Of a stretch of 64,000 nt of DNA, positions 1-13,969 are shown piece by piece (the first letter of the stretch is position 1; each line of letters starts with the position of its first letter). The notes under the pieces were generated by a model. That model worked only from the letters and a program-made list of their open reading frames with translations, ran no database searches and was not told where the DNA came from. Source of the DNA: Octopus vulgaris (taxonomy: Eukaryota); contig OX597830.1 of NCBI GenBank assembly GCA_951406725.2, positions 29,016,001-29,080,000 on the forward strand, given 5' to 3'. Made by a program: the position numbers and the translations under genes.

Positions 1-330
1 CTCATTAAGTCTTATGTTTAATTGTTCTGTTGTTATACAACTAACATAAATCAAGTTGTGTTTTATGCATTCTGCCGCGTACACCGAACGGGAATCTCCA
101 CATGTCCTGTCTTCTGTATAAAGCATAACATTTCCGTTATGTTTCCTGATGGAATTCACTCGATTCCTGATGATGCACAATGAACTGGGCTTATCTCTCC
201 TGTGGCTGCTTTGCAAGGTACAGCGTGCAGATACTGCATGTTCATTTTCTTGGAGTCAGGAATACAGGTTAATAATTCTCTTATGTTCTTATTCCGTCTA
301 AAGGCTACAATAGGCGGCTGATATTTCCTA
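1..330 (-). mobile_element. Penelope-like retroelement ORF fragment (RT-to-GIY-YIG linker and GIY-YIG endonuclease start), frameshifted, runs off window start
   Basis: Minus strand reads PPIVAFRRNKNIRELL (Penelope-type RxxNLxxLL linker) and, in another frame, TCGDSRSVYAAECIKHNLIYVSCITTEQLNIRLNE, matching the GIY-YIG pattern TC..VY...C.....YVG.T...L..R.NEH. Confidence 0.8.
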
Positions 331-1180
331 CACATATACATACATACACACATACATTTACTCATACAGACATGCATAGATATTGCTAATTATCGAACGA
401 AGCTTATTCAAATGGCACGAGAATCTAATGATCTATTTCACACACACACAGACACACACATACACACACACACACAGACACACATACACACACACGCACA
501 CACACATACACATACTAATAATAAATGATATTGCATGTTGATACTCTTGTAATTGGTAAAGAAATCACTGGATAGTTTCATAGATCTATTTGTAAACCTC
601 GCGTAAATTGGCGGCAACATTCCATGTTATTCTCATTAGATTTCAAAACCTCTCGTGCTCTAAAGAGTTTTCAAAGAAATATTATTTATATTTTCATTTC
701 AAAATCATTCAAAAAAAAAAAAAAAAATCAAAGGTTTTATAAGAACTGGAATTGTCTTAGGGCAAAATCTTGAAGCAAAGAATTTAAATACATTTTTGTG
801 AGGAAACAAATACCAGAGGCAGAGCTTAACTATTATGCTTTTTTTAATTTTTTATATAGTTTCACTAATTAGTCATTTGTATCCTGGAAGTTTTTCTCCT
901 GTTTATTGCATTTCGAAATAAAGTGCAGAGTACCAGAGAGTATATATATATATATGTGCACGCGTATGCATGTGAGTGTTTGTTAGACTGTGAGAGTGTG
1001 AGAGTGTCTATGTGTGTGTATGCTAATGAATGCGAGAGAGGATTAAAAAGTGGTAATGCAAGAAATTGAATGACTTTTCTTTTTCTTTTTTTTTTTTGTT
1101 AATCAGAGATTTTAGGTACAACAGTGTTGTTGAAAAGAACGAATGAATTTCAATGCCTAGTAGGTTAATAGCAGATAAAT

Positions 1181-1215
<35 letters not shown>

Positions 1216-1243
1216 AATATATATAGATAGATAGATGGATAGG

Positions 1244-1307
<64 letters not shown>

Positions 1308-1433
1308 AAGATAATTAGTATACATAGTATACAATACTATACATATGCTTTCATATAAATTTCTATTCACCTGTACTAGTATAATCAAGTATATATCTAT
1401 ATGTATGAGTGCTTGCGTGAATTTGTATACATG

Positions 1434-1497
<64 letters not shown>

Positions 1498-2184
1498 AGA
1501 AAGACTTTGGGAGTAACTTCATAGCCCTTGTAAAAAATTAGTATGTCACTACGAATGACCATTAGGCGATCGTTTTGTTAGATTTATTTGTACATAAATT
1601 CACATAGAAACAGCGTATGTGTTAGTGTGTGGCTGTGAGTGTGTTTGTATGTATTTATACAGTGAGTTACAATCAAATAATGACTCGCATTACATAACGT
1701 TGGTTATTTTCCATCACGTATCAAACAAGAATGTTATTTTGAAAGAGCATTATTGGTACTGTGGATGTAACCGCTATTAAATTTAGAAATGTAGAATGTT
1801 TAATCATGGCGGAATTCAAATTTTACCAGCTGTGCGCTTGGCGAAAGAAGGTACAAAAGTATCACCTTCTTAACTCGTAATTTATAGAAAAGGAATTCTT
1901 TGTATTATTAACGGAACTGGTAAACATAGTAAATCAGTATATTAGCGGTCCCTTTATTCGATTTTATGCCGCCAGTCAACTGTCATACACGAGATCTATG
2001 TTTAAACAGATCTTACAGGTTTTCATATTGATATTTTGTGTATCAAAGATATTGTTCCATCATATTGGACTTTGTTTAAATTATAATCGCTTGATTTGAG
2101 TGAGATTTTGCAGTTATTTACAGCAGTTTGAGTAATGTCATTGAGGCTGTCTTCCTGCTTCATAGGCTAGTGGCTGTGTGGATA

Positions 2185-2625
2185 GGCATAGGAGTGGTTG
2201 TATGGTAAGTAGCTTGCTTATGAACCATATGGTTCCGGGTTCAGTCCCATTGCGTGGCACCTTGGGCAAGTGTCTTCTACTATGGCCTCGGGCTGACCAA
2301 AGCCTTGTCAGTGAATTTGGTGGACGGAAACTGAAAGAAGCTCGTCGTATGTATGTATGTATGTATGTATGTATGTTTATATATGTGTGTGTGTGTGTGT
2401 GTATGTTTGTGTGTCGGTGTTTATCCCCCCAACATCGCTTGACAACTGATGCTGGTGTGTTTACATCCCCGTAACTTAGCGGTTCGGCAAAAGAGACCGA
2501 CAGAATAAGTACTTGGCTTACAAAGAATAAGTGATGGGGTCGATTTGCTCGACTAAAGTTGGTACTCCAGGATGGCCGCAGTCAAATGGCTGAAAGAAGC
2601 AAAAGAATAAATGAGTTAAAGAGTT
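2185..2625 (+). mobile_element. tRNA-derived SINE, family A (CORE-like motif, internal microsatellite, LINE-like tail), near full length
   Basis: A/B-box-like head (gtggttgtatggtaag...ggttcagtccc), ccttgggcaagt CORE-like motif, internal (TATG)n/(TG)n, 3' end ggtactccaggatggccgcagtcaaatggctgaaa; about 10 homologous copies in the window. Confidence 0.9.
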
Positions 2626-3364
2626 TGCGAGTAAATTATTGATATTAAATCTAACGATCTTTACTTCAGTAAATGTAGAAGAAGAATTAGAACAAATATT
2701 TAAGACACGGCGATAGATGAAATTTCAATGAAATGGCAATGAAATCTCACCCAATTATAATTTATTGTCTTAAACCATTACAGTGACTCAAATGGTTGGT
2801 TTGAGTCGGTATTATGTATCATGAGTTCGCTAGATATGTTTTAGGGGACTTACAGGCGAACACTCGCACTTTCTACCCATAGCCCATCAGAAATAACTTT
2901 CAGAAGTTGATAAAGAGAAATAGAGAGGGAGAGAAGGAGATGAGAGAAATAGGGAGAGAGAGAGAGAGAGAGAGGGAGAGGCGAGAGATAGTGAAAGACG
3001 AGAGTGAGAGGTGACAGTGAGGTAGAAGAACAACATCAGATGAAGGGCCTTGCTGAAGGAGAAATCATGCCTCACGGTCCAATTTTCGAAATCCCGACCT
3101 GATAATCATGTACCTTATATCTTAAGCACAAGGTCACTTCTCGTCGTATTACGTAGGTTAGTGGGTGTGGTTATACCTAAAGTACCTTTAATCTTAGGTC
3201 CACTGGATCATATATTTCATACCCTGCCTTGTTAAAAGCTGAGTATTTTCTATTACTAAAGATTTGCCTGGATTTAATAATGTATCAAGTTACCAAAACT
3301 GATCATCAGAGAATGTTGAACATTACATAACCACTGAACACAAACTAGAAGCACTCATATATCA

Positions 3365-3740
3365 GTGGAAGCACTCCGTCGGTTACGACGATGATGGTTC
3401 CGGTTGATCCGATTCAACGAAACAGCCTGCTCGTGAAATTACCGTGTAAGTGGCTGAGCACTCCACAGACACGTGCACCCTTAACGTAGTTCTCGGGGAT
3501 ATTCAGCGTGACACAGAGTGTGACAAGGCCGGCCCCTTGAAATACAGGTACAAGCGAAACAGGAAGAAAGAGTGTGAGAAAGAGTACAGCAGGGATCACT
3601 ACCATCCCCTGCCGGAGCCTCGTGGAGCTTTTTAGGTGTTTTCGCTCAATAAACACTCACAACGCCCGGTCTTGGAATCGAAACCGCGATCCTACGACCG
3701 CGAGTCCGCTGCCTTAACCACTGCGCCATTGCGCCTCCAC
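3365..3740 (-). mobile_element. tRNA(Arg)-like SINE, family B, full length with 12-bp target-site duplication
   Basis: Minus-strand head gtggaggcgcaatggcgcagtggttaaggcagcggactcgcggtc...ggtttcgattcc has A and B boxes and a TCG anticodon-like loop; flanks actcatatatca (3353-3364) and actcatatttca (3741-3752); homologous to 31725-32089. Confidence 0.9.
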
Positions 3741-4094
3741 ACTCATATTTCAAGACTGTATAAAACAAACTGGTCACCTACATAAATATTTATTCCTCAC
3801 GTATACGTGTAAGACGAACGCCTTAAGCACAAAATGCGCAAGAGGCAACGATATCTAGCTGTGCGTACATTCACATAAGCATACACGCGCATTTATTGAA
3901 AACAATTACACAAATAATATAACTTGTACAAATTCATAAAACCCACACATTATCATTAGTAGTAACGGGGACGTGAAACACTGAGTGCCAGCTTTTTTTG
4001 ATGTCATTGCACCTTTATTGATCACGCATACCTCCGGTATTCGAGTACTATATTTACCAACTAGTTTGGTATTTATGGGCTTACTCTGGTATAT

Positions 4095-4210
4095 ACTCTT
4101 TTACTCTTTTACTTGTTTCAGTCATTTGACTGCGGCCATGCTGGAGCACCGCCTTTAGTCGAGCAAATCGACCCTGGGACTTATTCCTTGTAAGCCTAGT
4201 ACTTATTCTA
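4095..4210 (-). mobile_element. SINE family A, 3' fragment
   Basis: tttcagtcatttgactgcggccatgctggagcaccgcctttagtcgagcaaatcgacc is the reverse complement of the family A tail. Confidence 0.85.
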
Positions 4211-4299
4211 TATAAATTTGATTAATATTAATTGAAAACCAGTGACCTAGCATATGCGGACGTCCCGTGTATAGTTCTGCAAATTATATTTTGCTATGA

Positions 4300-4530
4300 C
4301 GTTCACGCTGATGAATTGCAGACATTTACGTAAGTATTACGTAAGTGGTAACAACGAAATCGGGTTTTTCATTAATCTTTATATTTTGTATCTTTTCATT
4401 TGTCTTGCTCGCTTACGTTATGGCGTGTGCTGAATTTTCTTGAGAACAATGTTTTCTTAGTGGTCAGACAAAATGGGGTCCGCTCAAGCATAATTGATGT
4501 CCAGCTAGTGATCATCCCTCTTGTATGTAT
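4300..4530 (+). mobile_element. Probable Penelope-like 3' end with degenerate hammerhead motif, ending at (TA)n
   Basis: CTGATGA (4308-4314), internal ttacgtaa-gta-ttacgtaa hairpin, GAAA (4356-4359), T-rich tail running into (TA)n; stems I and III are poor. Confidence 0.35.
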
Positions 4531-4535
4531 GTTTT

Positions 4536-4577
<42 letters not shown>

Positions 4578-4580
<3 letters not shown>

Positions 4581-4742
4581 AACAAAAATGCAATAGAGGT
4601 CATTAAAACATTCGGACAGATAGACGATACAAAGGCGAACAAGAGAAACAACAATTAGAAGGACGGGCCCCAAAAAGATGGGTTATTCGTGGCTATTTTT
4701 CCTCAGTCACATTCCAGAAGTTACGACCATTTCGGGCAGCAA
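4578..4742 (-). mobile_element. Dispersed repeat, probable Penelope-like 3' end abutting (TA)n
   Basis: Shares gacagatagacgatacaaag...aaggacggg with 12290-12395 and 26914-26983; starts directly at the (TA)n array. Confidence 0.5.
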
Positions 4743-4801
4743 GTGTGTGTATGTTTGTGTGTGTGTTTGTATGTGTAAGTGTGTATGTGTGTGTGTATGT
4801 A

Positions 4802-4834
<33 letters not shown>

Positions 4835-5945
4835 TTACTCTGGTCACCCCTTTCTATGCCACTCATGGCGTTAGAAAGATTAGTGTGACGTAGTTGGTTA
4901 CAATAGCCTTCCTCCAAGGTTGCCACTGTCAGGGCTTTGCACAGAAAACTTATCTGCTACCGTAACTATTCGGGCAATTCATCGTCATGAGTCGCAACAC
5001 TGTTTTCAAATTTGTAAAGATTATGCGAAAAGTCCACATCACCAACCAAGGGAAACGAACACGAAGCCGAATAAGCAGAAGCAAGTACTACGAAGCGTTC
5101 GTTGGTACTTAACCCGACGCTCTAGTGTCTCTAGAAGCAACTACGAAAACAACGTTAAAGTATACACACACTCACACACACCGCACACAATCACATATAT
5201 AAATATGTATATATCTGTGTGTGTACTTGTGTGTGTATGTCTACATATATATCTGTGCGTGTGTGTGTGTGTGTGAATTTACATATATGTTCACACGCAG
5301 ATATGCCTGTCTGGAAGTGCAATTTTAGAAAGACGACGAACTATATGCAGCATCCTTGTTACTAAATCCGCTTTAAGCTAAAACTACAAAATATTCTCAT
5401 TAAAATTAAATACTAAGATTAATTAAAGAGACATCCTCACTCATATATAGACCATTTGAAGTTTTAACACAAAGAATAAGAAAAATTTATAAAATCTTCA
5501 TTAAATCACCGAAATTTCGCTCTAAGATATTTTGTCATAATTTCTCTTTATCCCTTTACGAAATGCGTATAAGCACACACATATCTATATTTGTATTTAT
5601 GTTATCATTTATATATGTATATATGTATGTATATATGTATGTATATATGTGATTATAAATGTATATGTGATTGTAGTTATTGTGTGTGTATACATATGTG
5701 TGTGTAAACGTATGCTTCTTCATAATCAAATGGCTCATACAAGCAGAAGTATTCATATTTCATATACATATATACATAGATACACACATATATATACATA
5801 TATATGTACATGTACATATATATACATATATATATATATATACATGTATATATATATATATATATATAAATATATACATATATATATATACATATATATA
5901 TGTATATATATATTTATACATATATATATATACATATATATACAT

Positions 5946-6007
<62 letters not shown>

Positions 6008-6578
6008 CATTTTGTGTGATTGAGTGCGTGCGTGTTAATTGGCGAAATTCGTCTGCCTTGATTGTAAGTATTGAAAGTGTATATACGGCAGCCCGCGTGC
6101 TCTTGAATTAATACGTGTGGTTTTTACAGATATACATATATACATAAACACACACATATACAGACATACACATGACACGGTCACATCTGCACATACATAC
6201 TTTCAAAATACGCATATATTGACATAGGTATACATAGCAGATATTTCGTGGCGCATGTACACATTAACGAAATCGCATACTTTCACACAAACAGCGATGT
6301 ACTTTGTGTCCTGTTTTTTTTTTCCTACACTTTCATTGAATATATCACGAAAATCAGTTGATTGAAAAAAAAATATACTAAAAGTTAAAGATGCTACAAT
6401 CTCTAACTCGTGCGAGAACTAAATTGATGTCTGTGTGGTGCCATTTCAACTTTATACATTTACTATATATAATTCGTAATTGTTGGAATATGTTGAATAC
6501 ACACGCACAGAATCATGCGAACATACACATACACAAACACACACGCACACATATGAATGTGTGAGCGTATATATATAC

Positions 6579-6642
<64 letters not shown>

Positions 6643-6643
6643 A

Positions 6644-6708
<65 letters not shown>

Positions 6709-7259
6709 TGCACAATATTTGCGTTCATCGATTTCATATAGTCTTTGGTCATAGCCCCATAGACATCGACTATGTTTTTGAGCACAATTAGTAAACAAAT
6801 AAATGTCTCCATTAATTGAGTTAAGATTTTCCTTGTTAATTAAATGTTTGTGTACTACCAAGAGACGCAGACAAACACGGGCATACATACAAAAACACGT
6901 TCTCACACATAATCGCACACACACGCACATGCTCACACACATACGAAGATTAACATACACTCTCTTCCACACAAATATACAGTTTGCTGGAATTTGCGTC
7001 AATATAATCATGCTACAGCTTAGGGACTCATAATCCGCAGGGCCCAAAGAATAATTAATAGGTATATATGATATATCTTAATTTTTGCGAGACAGTCTTC
7101 TAGAATTTTTAATAAGGTGTCACTAAGTGTGATATAATGTAGGGATTTATGCGGACTAATTCCGTCATTGTAATCAGTGTATTTATGTATGTATGTGAGT
7201 GAGTATCCATATGTGTGTATTTATCGATAGAGATACACACAAGCACACACACGCATGTA

Positions 7260-7341
<82 letters not shown>

Positions 7342-7357
7342 CATTTATGTATGTATG

Positions 7358-7401
<44 letters not shown>

Positions 7402-7404
<3 letters not shown>

Positions 7405-7580
7405 TCTTTTACTCGTTTCAGTCATTTAACTGTGGCCATGCTGGAGCACCGCCTTTAAAATTGTGGCGAAAGAGTCAGCAGAAGTTCTCCACTACCCTCT
7501 GCCGGAGGCACGTGAATTCTGAGATTCGAATCCGCGATCCCTCGACCCCGAGTCCGCTGCTCTGACCACTAGACCATGTG
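7402..7580 (-). mobile_element. SINE fragments: family A tail (7402-7457) followed by degenerate family B head (7460-7580)
   Basis: tttcagtcatttaactgtggccatgctggagcaccgcc, then gattcgaatccgcgatccctcgaccccgagtccgctgctctgaccact, similar to 3675-3725. Confidence 0.75.
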
Positions 7581-7586
7581 TATATG

Positions 7587-7629
<43 letters not shown>

Positions 7630-7744
7630 GTATTGTGTGTAGAGAATAAAATATTTTGAATGACACAACAACGTACAATAATACAGACAATGTACTATAA
7701 TAACTATTGTATTTTAATCATCCATATTCTGATATAATATTTCA

Positions 7745-7852
<108 letters not shown>

Positions 7853-7874
7853 GTGTGTGTGTGTATAGTTTTCA

Positions 7875-8190
7875 ACTATAGCCGCGGGCTGACCAAAACC
7901 TTGTGAGTGGATTTGGTAGACGGAGACAGAAAGAAGCCCGTCGGATATATGTATTTATACATGCATGTGTGTGTATGTTTGTGTGTTGTGTTTATCCCTC
8001 AACATCGCTTGACAACCGATGCGGGTGTGTTTACGTCCCCGTAAGTTAGCGGTTCGGTAAAATTTACCGATAGAATATGTAGTAGGCTTACAAAGAATAA
8101 GTCCTGGGGTCGATTTGCTCGACGAAAGGCAGTGCTCCAGCATGACCACAGTCGCATGACTGAAACGAGAAAAAGAGTAAAAAGAGTAAA
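7875..8190 (+). mobile_element. SINE family A, 5'-truncated
   Basis: Colinear with 2280-2625, including cgggctgaccaaaaccttgtgagtggatttggtagacgg and gtgctccagcatgaccacagtc. Confidence 0.9.
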
Positions 8191-8194
8191 TGAG

Positions 8195-9005
8195 TATTGT
8201 GATAAAACGATGGGAAGAAAAGCCATTACCAAATATTAGGATAAGCTAAACAGAAAATAACTAGACAAACTAAAATCCCAACAATGGCTGAGGACTCAAA
8301 GCAGAAACTGAAGGATTTTTAATTGCAGCACAAGATCAGTGCCTTCCCACCAGAAATCACATTGAGCACATAAATAAATATTTAAGTAATTGCAGAATAT
8401 GTGATGATAGGGAAAAACAGTAAATCATGTTGTCATTGGCTGCCCACTCCTATCTAAGAAGGACTGTATCCACAGTCATGACAGATTTGGGACCGATATA
8501 CACTGGAAGCTATGCCAACGCTATGGAATGACAACAGAAAAAAGATGGTATAGGCACACCCCAGTTCTCAGAAAATGATAAGCAGCTATTCTCTGGGATA
8601 CGCCAATACATACAGATAGAGATCAAGGAAAAAGTAGCCTCTAATCGATGTATCAATACCAACAGATGACAATATATCTCTACAAGAAACGGAGAATCTC
8701 TCACAATACGAAGATGGAATCAGACGTATTTCGAACGGGGAGCCGAACAACAGAAACACACTTTGTAATAATAGATTCATTAGGTATAATTTAAAAAAAC
8801 ATTCATATCAATACGTAATCAAAACGCCACGACTTACGAATGTACGTAACATACATAAAATAGCAATAGTAGGAACCACGCACATCCTACGTTAAGCACT
8901 TCCAAAATAGTGAAACTAAGAAAAACACAACTTGTACGCAAGTCACACAGATGTGTGCTCGGCAGTGCAGTAAAAGTATGGGATAAGAATAAGACTACTG
9001 AATAA
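8195..9005 (+). mobile_element. R4/Dong-clade (restriction-like endonuclease) LINE 3' fragment, pseudogenised
   Basis: From 8298 KAETEGFLIAAQDQCLPTRNH, then the CCHC knuckle CRIC.../TVNHVVIGC, HDRFGTDIHWKLCQRYGMTTEKRWYRHTP and C-terminal KIAIVGTTHILR; frameshifts and stops present. Confidence 0.85.
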
Positions 9006-9929
9006 CAGTTACCTTTCTCCTTTTATCCCTAACAATATCAAACTTATACCAAAAGTCATTTTTCTCTCAGACTTTCCTTATCTTCACCGTGAGGTACAGC
9101 GCAGCTCCGAGCATTTAGTGTTTAATTTTGTAATTCTGTTTCTACGACTTTTGGTGGTCCATGACACATCTCAAAGACAGCTTTTGGTATGGTTAGCAAA
9201 GCTACCATTGCCAACACACGCCAGCTTCAAGTCTGCTGTGTAAGAAACTCTGTTCTTACTCTAACGATCTTTACTCATTAGAACTACATAGCTACATACC
9301 CTTGCTAACGAAGGCATTCCCCTCTTCTCCTCTGCTATTTCCCTATCAACGCCCATTCTTCCTTCTTGAGAACACCTACTATTTATCAATTATCCTAAAT
9401 AAAAGTCAACAAACATTACTCTCTCTACCCGTTGGTGGGTGTCTTAATTTTGGGGATGTACTCCCTTCCTCATCCTACTTTATGGTTATTAACTTAAATG
9501 AGGAGTGAAAAAAAAAAAACGATATATTGCCCCAAAGCACTTAATTTAAAAGCTATTTCGATGTAAAATTTAATCAATCCTGGAGTGTCCCCACAAACGT
9601 TTTTTTTTAAAGTGTAAAGCGTCTTGTGTCAGAAATGGAATTATTTTTAATTAATGACAAATCAAAAACGCGGAACATTTAAATCTCAAAAAAAAAAAAA
9701 ATGAAATTGCTCAAGGGTCAGTGACACGCATATCTACATATATAGATAAATACATACATATATACGAAGCCGCAAGTAGATAGTTAAATACGTAATACAC
9801 AAACACACACCCATACATACTCATGTTATATATATTATATACACATGTCGATGGTTTATGTTGTACGTTATTTGAAATATCTGTATTTGTCTCTATCTCA
9901 TCTCTCTCTCGCTTTCTCCATAAGCATCT

Positions 9930-10760
9930 ACTGTTGAAGTTAAAGACTTTGTGAAGAAATGGTCCTTATTTATATCCAACACCACCTTGTGGATGCCCGC
10001 CTTTAGTATTGTTGATGAAGGTGTCGATTAGTCTTCCTTTCATGAGCAACCAAATCGCTGTAGTCCATGGGATTTAAATCTGGCGAGTTCGGAGTCTACG
10101 ATGTTTGGTGTAACATGATTCTACCTATTGTCTGGCATCCGTACCAGGGTTACGTGGGTTTTGTGAGAAGGTGCCTTCTTCTACGTACTTTATCCACCTA
10201 AGGCACCTCAACGCATCATTCGGCATTAATGCTAAGAGCCTGTTGAAAGAAATAAGGTGACATGACATGATCTTAGACACTCATCTTCTCTAAAACTATC
10301 CCGATTGCTGAAAACCTAGTCTGCATTGCTCACATGACATTAGGAGGATATGCACAAAACCAGCTCTGATTTGTCCTGTTAAACTGTTGGCCTTGACCGA
10401 CATTTTTATCATTAGAAAACAGCAAAAATTTTCATGCACGCGAGGACTTCTAACCTTTTTTGTACGTTAAACACCGGGCACGAGTAAAAGAAGCTTTTTG
10501 TATCTTTTAAATAAAAATTTGAATCTGCTCTCAGTGCATACGAGTGTAACGAATTTCCTCATAAAATACAGTTCTGATAGTTCATTAATGATGATCCTCA
10601 TCAATTTTTTGCAATCCCCAATGATATTGATTTGATTCCATTTAATGAATTGCTGTGTTTTTTTGCATCCAAGCTTCAGAATATTTATTTCTCTTTGATA
10701 GAGTTCGAACACCCAGTGTTTTCCAATGCCATCAAAAATCGCTGTAGAGAGCTTGCCTAG
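9930..10760 (-). mobile_element. Tc1/mariner superfamily (maT/DD37D-like) transposase relic
   Basis: Minus-strand motifs in the expected order: IRTVFYEEIRY, CFSNDKNVGQGQQFNRTNQSWFC (cf. FSDEKNF..D...N..N..W), HVMSPYFFQQALSINA and PNSPDLNPMDY (~10060-10092). No terminal inverted repeats recognised. Confidence 0.75.
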
Positions 10761-10774
10761 AAACCTTGCCATAT

Positions 10775-10925
10775 TTAGAATACAGAAAACAAAATACGAA
10801 GACAGATGAGGGAAAACTGAGAGGGAACAACGTGTAGGTGTATGAGTTTGTGCTCGGGAAGAATCGAAAAGTCTTTGACGTCTCGAGCCTAATTTCTTCA
10901 ACAAGAAAGGTGAGAGGAATAAAAT
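10775..10925 (-). mobile_element. Penelope-like 3' end, same family as 30560-30710, degenerate hammerhead
   Basis: Reverse complement ttgttgaagaaattaggctcgagacgtcaaagacttttc...ttcccgagc...catctgtcttcgtattttgttttc aligns with 30601-30690. Confidence 0.55.
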
Positions 10926-10973
10926 TTCAGGAGTGAAAAACGGAACTGCTGTTTTGACGAGTTATATCTATTT

Positions 10974-11110
10974 ATCACACGAAGAGACGCAGTTGCTGAA
11001 CTAGTTGTCAAGTATGCCACCCGTGAGGGATCGATGCCAGGGGTGTCGAAACAATTGTAGTGATTAATAAAAATTCGCGTATTTTCCATCTTCCTTCTTT
11101 CATTAACCAC
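10974..11110 (+). mobile_element. Penelope-like 3' end with degenerate type I hammerhead (long stem II), ending at (TA)n
   Basis: atcac-ACGAAGA-gacgc...gtgtc-GAAA-caattg-TA-gtgat: 5-bp stem I, palindromic stem III, core differs from CTGANGA at two positions. Confidence 0.55.
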
Positions 11111-11179
<69 letters not shown>

Positions 11180-11267
11180 CATATACATATATATATATAT
11201 ACATATACATAAATATATATACATATATGTACATATACATACACACACACACATACATATATATATA

Positions 11268-11485
11268 TTCTTTTCTTTTACTTCTTTCAGTCATTTGACT
11301 GCGGCCAGGATGGAGCGCCGCCTTTAGTCGAACAAATTGAGCCCAGGGATTATTCTTTGTAAGCCTAGTACTTATTCTGTAGGGTCTTTTGCCGAACGGC
11401 GCTACGTTACGGAGATTTAAACTCACTAACATCGGTTGTCAAACGATGTGAAGGGGACAAACGCAAGCACGAATACATACATACA
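11268..11485 (-). mobile_element. SINE family A, 3' half
   Basis: Reverse complement of the family A tail and body (cagtcatttgactgcggccaggatggagcgccgcc...catcggttgtcaa). Confidence 0.85.
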
Positions 11486-12099
11486 TAGGTCACTTCACTG
11501 AAATGTATGTGTGCTCTATAAAATATTTAATATTAAACAATGGTATACCTGTTTTCTGTATCTTATATAAGCTGCTATAAACTGGACACGTCTTCCGGGG
11601 AGTACTGATCACAGTTATGCATTTATTTGCTGAAAAATGTCCGTAGATGATTTGCCTATAAGGATCAAATGTTTTTACTCCACATAAGCTCAGTCTTCCC
11701 AGCAAGCAAACGTTACCTGTATAAGTGCACGGGGTTCTATACACCAATATATGGAAGTGGTCGTAGAACAAAGTCAAATGAAATGCTTTGGACCAGCAGG
11801 TTACACACTGCAACGTCCGGAAATCGTAAATAAGATCACGTGTGTTCGTGACGATAAGAGATCTTGCACTCCTCTAGAAGCCACAAGAAAGCATATAAGT
11901 ATGACTATTTATATACATATATACTGAGTAATGAAAAATACAGGAGAATCAGTTAATTATGATTTTATTCCTCTCTAAGATTCACTCATTTAAAGCAGCT
12001 ATATTTTAGTTTTCCTAAATCACGTAAAAGAACTTGGAGAGTTAGGACTCCATCAGGACTTCCGCGATAACTATATAGCGAAACATTCCAGCATTCCTC

Positions 12100-12173
<74 letters not shown>

Positions 12174-12442
12174 TAGTGTATATGTATGTATGTAAGTATG
12201 TAAGTATGTATATATATATCTACAAATAACTGCACATTAACCCGGAGGTTCTACCTTTGAATAGGTCACTACATCCTTGTTACTTGCGTGCAAAATATTC
12301 AGACAGACGATACAAAGAAAACAAGGACGGGTCGTTTGGATTTTCTATCCTCAGGCGAGTTCCAGATTTTCTTTGCAATTTCGGCTGGTTATACTGTAAA
12401 CAAAGGATCATTCATTCATCCATATATATATATCCTTTTTGG

Positions 12443-12574
12443 ATTTATATGGCACAAAAAGAAAATGACTCTCCCCAGACACAACAGTGTATATATATAA
12501 ATATAGGTGTGTTTGTGTGTTTGTGCATATATGTATATATAAATATATAAATACACTTATATGCCTTATCCATG

Positions 12575-12628
<54 letters not shown>

Positions 12629-12743
12629 GGCACAAAAAGAAAATGACTCTCCCCAGACACAACAGTGTATATATATAAATATAGGTGTGTTTGTGTGTTT
12701 GTGCATATATGTATATATAAATATATACAACACACTTATATGC
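12443..12743. repeat. Local direct duplication of ~122 bp (12443-12564 and 12621-12743) separated by (TA)n
   Basis: atttatatggcacaaaaagaaaatgactctccccagacacaacagtg...acacttatatgc occurs twice, nearly identical. Confidence 0.9.
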
Positions 12744-12754
12744 ACACACATATA

Positions 12755-12802
<48 letters not shown>

Positions 12803-13284
12803 AAAATATCCCTATAAATATATATCTATATTCCTGCTTTTTTTTCTGCTAGCTCTTATATTATTCCAATCAATAGACATTTGCATTTCTATATATGTAT
12901 GCATCCGTGTATCTAGCCATGTATATATGTGTCAATGTATCCATGTAGCAATCTAATCTGAATATCTATCTGTCTCACTCTCAGTTAGTCCGTGTGTTAG
13001 TCATTTTGTTTATGTGTACGTGTTTGACTCTGTACCTAACTACTTCGCTGAAAATACTTATTTCACTCTCGCTCAGCATTTGTTTTCTCCAACTGGGTGT
13101 TTCCCCTCCCACCTATGTCAATGACACTCGCTCTTGCTGGGGTCGTTTTTTTTATAAATATTGTCTGTTACGTTTGTCACTCAAGTGCATATCTATAAAT
13201 GTATGTAGTTTATACTACATGTATATATATATATATGTATATAACATACCCCCATATATATATATATATATATGCATATATGTA

Positions 13285-13328
<44 letters not shown>

Positions 13329-13546
13329 CATATATACACATATACATACATATATATCCGTATCAAAATGGTTGCATAAAAATTTATATATATATATATA
13401 CATATATATTTACATATATACTTACATATTTATATATGCATTTTTATGTATATGTGTATATACATATGTATATATATATAAATATATATATATATATACA
13501 CATATATATGTATATATGTATATGTCTATATGTATATATCTATATG

Positions 13547-13630
<84 letters not shown>

Positions 13631-13910
13631 TGTACACAGACACCCGTACGCACATACACATGCAGAATCACACATTCACATGCATTAATTGCCGTGTTTA
13701 TGTGTATGCATACATCTCGTATTCCCTTTCATGTCCTTTCTTCCTCTATTGATGTCACCCCTCTCTTCCTCTCTTACCTTATCTATGTCCTTCATTTCTC
13801 CCCTTTATGTATGCACACCTCACACACACACACGCCATATATAAGCATGCGTGTACGCTCCCGTACAAAACACTCGCACAGGCACACGCATACATAAACA
13901 CACACACACA

Positions 13911-13969
<59 letters not shown>

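Noticed and set aside
3670-3740. tRNA-Arg-like gene on the minus strand
   Set aside because: It is the head of a repeated SINE with a TSD; no proper acceptor stem or terminator.
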